DNA of 64,000 bases from Octopus vulgaris (taxonomy: Eukaryota): positions 12,462,001-12,526,000 of the forward strand of contig OX597828.1 of assembly GCA_951406725.2 (NCBI GenBank). The letters run 5' to 3'. Below are positions 13,666 to 64,000 of the stretch, in pieces (positions within the stretch are counted from its first letter, which is position 1; each line of letters begins with the position of its first letter). Both the position numbers and the translations under genes were made by a program. The notes below the pieces were generated by a model. That model was not told the DNA's origin. It ran no database searches and worked only from the letters and a program-made list of their open reading frames with translations.

Positions 13666-14539
13666 ATATATATGTATGTATATATGTATGTATATATATG
13701 TGTGCATATATATATATCGTGGTTGCCTACTTCTTATGCAGAATTTGGTCATCTTCTGTACCTACACCTTAGAACCATCAGAGCAACTGATGGGGGGTTT
13801 TAAACCAGATAATGTTTTGAAAAGACACCCACATAGATTACATATCCGATTTAGAGCACGAAGAGCTACAGTTCTAATCGTTGTGGATCTTAAAATGTCT
13901 TTTGAGGCCTCTGTTAGATTTGCAGACTATATATATATATATATACACATATATTATGTATATCTATATATGTATATTATACATATATATACATAAACAT
14001 ATGTACATATATACACATATTGTTGTGTGTGTGTGTTCGTCCGTCCCCGCTTAACAACCTGTGTATTATATTTTGTTCATATTGTTTTGTCATAACAACA
14101 TGAACAAAATAAATAAAAACAAATTAAACGAACGTGTATAAACAGGGGATACAGATAATACAGGCACTTCCGCCCACACACACACGCACTTACTAAACAT
14201 AGACACACATAGAGGTATACGCATGCGCAAATAAAGACAAAATAGGAATGCAAAATTCAAAATGGCAGATCGTTAGTAAGGAAAGACACACAAATAAGAA
14301 AGAAGATAGCTAAAGACCACTCATGAGGTCACAGAAGTGTGACAAAATAATTCTCGCCGAAATACGATTAATGTAAAAAATAAAAGAAAGCTGAAGCAAA
14401 TTAACACCAAATATATAGTGCGTGGGTTTTTATTAGCTAAACTGACAAAATGACCATCCCTAAATACAACAATATATGTTTCAACACACGATTTCACATC
14501 AAGAATCTTGAAAACGAATATATAAACGAATATAACATA

Positions 14540-14571
<32 letters not shown>

Positions 14572-14613
14572 GTTATGTATATATATATTCGCATACACAC
14601 ACGTACACAACAC

Positions 14614-14661
<48 letters not shown>

Positions 14662-14859
14662 GTGTGTGTGTGTTTTATTGAAAACATGTCTGTGTGGTAC
14701 CACCAATGACTTATTCGAATTGCCGTATGTGTTCTTTAACAATGTTTGAAATATTAAATGTCTCAGATCCACCAGCATATCTAAAGCTTTACAGTCTTAG
14801 CATCTTCATAAACTAATTCCTGTTGGCATGTCTTACTACCATTTTACAGTAAGTATTAG

Positions 14860-15330
14860 GATCGGTACTTTGTTAACAATGACGTTTATAATCACAAAGA
14901 CGGCGTAGCTATAGGTTCCCCATTAGGTCGAGTGTTTGCTGCGTTCTAAGTGGCCACTGTAGAGAACAAATACAAACGCATAAATACTAGATAAACACCA
15001 TGTATGTTGATTATATGCTTATCGTAATGGACACACTAGAAAATGTAGAGATAAAAGAAAAAGGTAGGGAGGAATTGTGTGGTAAAATTCGATATCCAGA
15101 ACAGTCTAAACCAAATTCCTAATGGTACAATAACTCTGTTTCTATACATAAACATTGAGATAAAAAAATAACAGATATATCACGTCCGTTTACACTTAAG
15201 AGACTAATAAATAGTTCTATTGTATGGAGATATTGAATATCAGCACAAATATACAATTTCATTAGTAGATCCTCTACTTAGAACAACGTTCAATTTCCGG
15301 TTGTTTGGTTCGGAAATTCGCTTAGAAACT
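14860..15330 (+). mobile_element. Degenerate Penelope-like element reverse transcriptase fragment
   Basis: DVYNHKDGVAIGSPLGRVFAAF*VATVENK and YVDYMLI match PLE RT motifs YxQxDGVAMGSPL and RYVDDI; a later ITSVY.K.TN-like segment is present. Confidence 0.7.
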
Positions 15331-16289
15331 ACGTGATATAAATTTTATTCCATACTGCAAAACTTTGGACAAAAGTCGTGTCCAATAATCTCGAATCTTC
15401 CAAAGGCTTGTAAGTAAAATCTAATGGAGAGGAACGGTGTGAAAGCTCGTCAAGTGGATGGTACCTGTCTTGGAGATGGAAGGTTCACTCTGTCTCCAAG
15501 TTTAACGCCATCATTCCCCTCATGGATGCCTTTAGCGGACTTAACTTTCGTGCAAACATTCGAATCAGGATTCTGATTTGAAAGAACTCCAGCAGTCTCG
15601 GAAACCCTGAAATATATTCGCGTTGCTTCTCCCCTCAAACTAAATCATAGTACACATTTAAAACAGCGAAACGCTTCACAAATATATCAACAGAGTCAAA
15701 ACCTTGTATACAAAAAAGAGATACAATCACACAGAAAGAGATTGAATGCAGGGAATACAACAGACACGATGCCTATTATAGATAAATACATAATATGCAT
15801 TACATGAATTAAATGCATGCTGGCTATATAATACATAAGCACGTAATCACGTAATCAAAACTTACATAAAATATTATACAAAATTCACAACATCCATGCA
15901 TAAACTTAAACAAATAATAAGCTACAAACGATTTCAGATTATAAAATTTCCCTTTCATTAAACGAAAAGCCTGTGAAGCCACAGACCGTGTACAAATTAT
16001 GGTTATGTTTTATACATTTAATTTCAAACATGGAAGTTGTAAACGTCATGACAGTAAATGTAACGCGCAGTTCTCACCATAAACAAGGAGCAAACGAAAT
16101 ACTACTATTACACAACATAGAACAATTTTATAGGAAGCATAAGTAAATTACACTTTTATCCTATAAATAATTTCTTACAAAACTCGACAATAAATTACAG
16201 AAAGGAAACTAAAATGAACTGAAATGATCTACACACAAGTTACAAACAAAAGTCACGACTTGACTCTCGTTTTATTCTCTCTTTTACAT

Positions 16290-16336
16290 ACCAGCATCTG
16301 TTGTCAAGTGATGTAGGGGGGTCAAATATAGACACA

Positions 16337-16399
<63 letters not shown>

Positions 16400-16576
16400 G
16401 ACGGGCTTCTTTCAGTTTCCATCTACCAAATCCAATGACAAGGCTTTGGTCGGCCCGAGGCTATAGTAGAAGACACTTGCCCAAGGCGCCACTGAACCCG
16501 GAACCATATGGTTGGTAAGCAAGCTACTTACAACACAGCCACTCCTGCGCGCGCACACACACACACACACACACAC

Positions 16577-16612
<36 letters not shown>

Positions 16613-16880
16613 ATATTTTTTTATTCTTTTACTTGGTTCAGTCATTTGACTTTGGCCATGCTGGAGCACCGGCTTTAGTCGAACAAATTGACCCCTAGAC
16701 TTATTCTTTTTTAAGCCTTGTACTTATTCTATCGGTCTCTTATGCTGAACCGCTAGGTTTCGGGAAAGTAAACACCAGCATTGGTTGTCAAATGATGGCG
16801 GAGGGACAAACACAGAATGAGACATAGACAGACCATGTGGTTCGTAAGCAAGCTACTTACCACACAGCCACTCCTACGCC
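16290..16880 (-). mobile_element. Two adjacent family B SINE copies
   Basis: Reverse-complement family B head and tail segments. Confidence 0.75.
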
Positions 16881-17571
16881 TATGACTGATGAAAACAAAC
16901 AGCTTTTATCTCTTAAATGTTCCACTCCGACTGTAATGTTTGTCTTTTCTGACAAAGTACTAATCTCACTCCTGCCAAGAATAAAAGGAGAAGAATCTTC
17001 AAACTGTATGCATGTATATGTGTATGTATATATTTTATTGTGTCTTGCGATGATCATTACGATAATAATAATAATAATAACACACGCACAGGTTCAAAAC
17101 CACTTCACACAATGGGTCTGATTGTTTTGTCGTTTTCAATCTTTTCAGTGACACTTGGTCTGTGATCTCGAACGCTGCTTTCGGAAGAATGATAATCCTT
17201 TCTACTATAGGGATAGGACCTGACATTTGAGGGCGGGGATAGACGATAACATCAGTCCCAGTTTTTAATTGGTGCTTGCTTTATCGACCCCGAAAAGATA
17301 AAACGTCGACCTCAGCGAAATTTGAACTCAGCACGTGAAGATGAAATACATACCGCGAAGCATTTCAGCCGGCATGCTAACAATTCTGTCAGCTCGAGGA
17401 ATAATATAGGCTCTTCCTTCCCGTTTCAAGGAAGGAGGCACTACAATATTCACGATAGACTCGGTTGAAAAACTAACTCGTCCCACACGCGATAGCAGTC
17501 ATTCGACATAGGCCCACAGGTCGGACATGGTAGGTAGGTAGTTAGGTAGGTAGCCAGATAGATAGGTAGCC

Positions 17572-17623
<52 letters not shown>

Positions 17624-17648
17624 TGATTGATGGGTTTTTACGCCTATT

Positions 17649-17722
17649 ATAGGCGGTCTGTAAATTTGAACCGGGAAACAGTTCCTAACCATAATGAAGG
17701 CATGGAAAAAACTTGGGCATGC

Positions 17723-17792
<70 letters not shown>

Positions 17793-17894
17793 TATAGATA
17801 GATAGATAGATAGATAGGCGGTCTGTAAATCTGAACATAGAAACAGTTCCTAACCACAATGAAAGCCTGGAAAAAATTTCGGCATGCCTCTGTG
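17649..17894. repeat. Tandem duplication of an ~80-bp unit separated by (TG)n/(GATA)n
   Basis: ATAGGCGGTCTGTAAAT...AAACAGTTCCTAACCA...GGCATGCCTCTGTGT at ~17649-17730 and ~17813-17894. Confidence 0.85.
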
Positions 17895-18097
17895 TATGTG
17901 TGTGTGTATATGTGTGTGGGGTATGTAACAACCAATTTGTTAAGCACATTGTCGACAAGAAAGGTATATACTGGGGTCGTGGTCAGCAGTTATTTTTACG
18001 AAAACAATATAACAAAACATCCTCTGTTATTTATGTGTTACCAACAATGTAATGTAAACTTTATTCCCTTTTTTCTTTTACTTGAATTATTCACCAG

Positions 18098-63831
<45,734 letters not shown>

Positions 63832-63856
63832 TGATCTAACTCTCATTAAGGTTTGT

Positions 63857-63917
<61 letters not shown>

Positions 63918-64000
63918 TCGCTGAAGTATAACATCCACAAGGTGTTATCAAGATGGCGGACTTCGTATTGGCAGATATAGACCTCTATGTTGTTAATGGT

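Noticed and set aside
13742-13926. Open stretch after a tgcag that could be an upstream ITIH exon
   Set aside because: No ITIH/vWA-like residues and no good donor; more likely a repeat fragment.

Overview
AT-rich, microsatellite-dense animal genomic DNA. The SINE repertoire and (TA)n/(CA)n density suggest an octopus; this is inference, with no database check. Nearly all ORFs in the track are microsatellite or SINE artefacts. The one host gene I can support is the 3' part of an inter-alpha-trypsin inhibitor heavy chain (ITIH)-like gene on the + strand. It has five phase-compatible GT-AG exons (18098-18215, 32380-32424, 47797-47913, 50715-51074, 63620-63831) that splice into about 283 aa, including a YxxVTPxTSM motif, the GDPHF Asp-Pro site and an ITI-HC C-terminal domain. 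The rest is intron. It holds three abundant tRNA-derived SINE families, remnants of DD37D, mariner, piggyBac-like, Penelope, RTE and CR1-like elements, a complete non-autonomous Helitron, a MITE with 29-bp TIRs, and a dispersed 5S rRNA copy. The most unusual signal is a set of about a dozen minimal type I hammerhead-ribozyme motifs. They sit in short Penelope-like inverted-repeat or (TA)n-embedded elements. The best-preserved ones are antisense to the gene, and the sense-strand ones are defective. Repeat boundaries are approximate unless a TIR or TSD is quoted.
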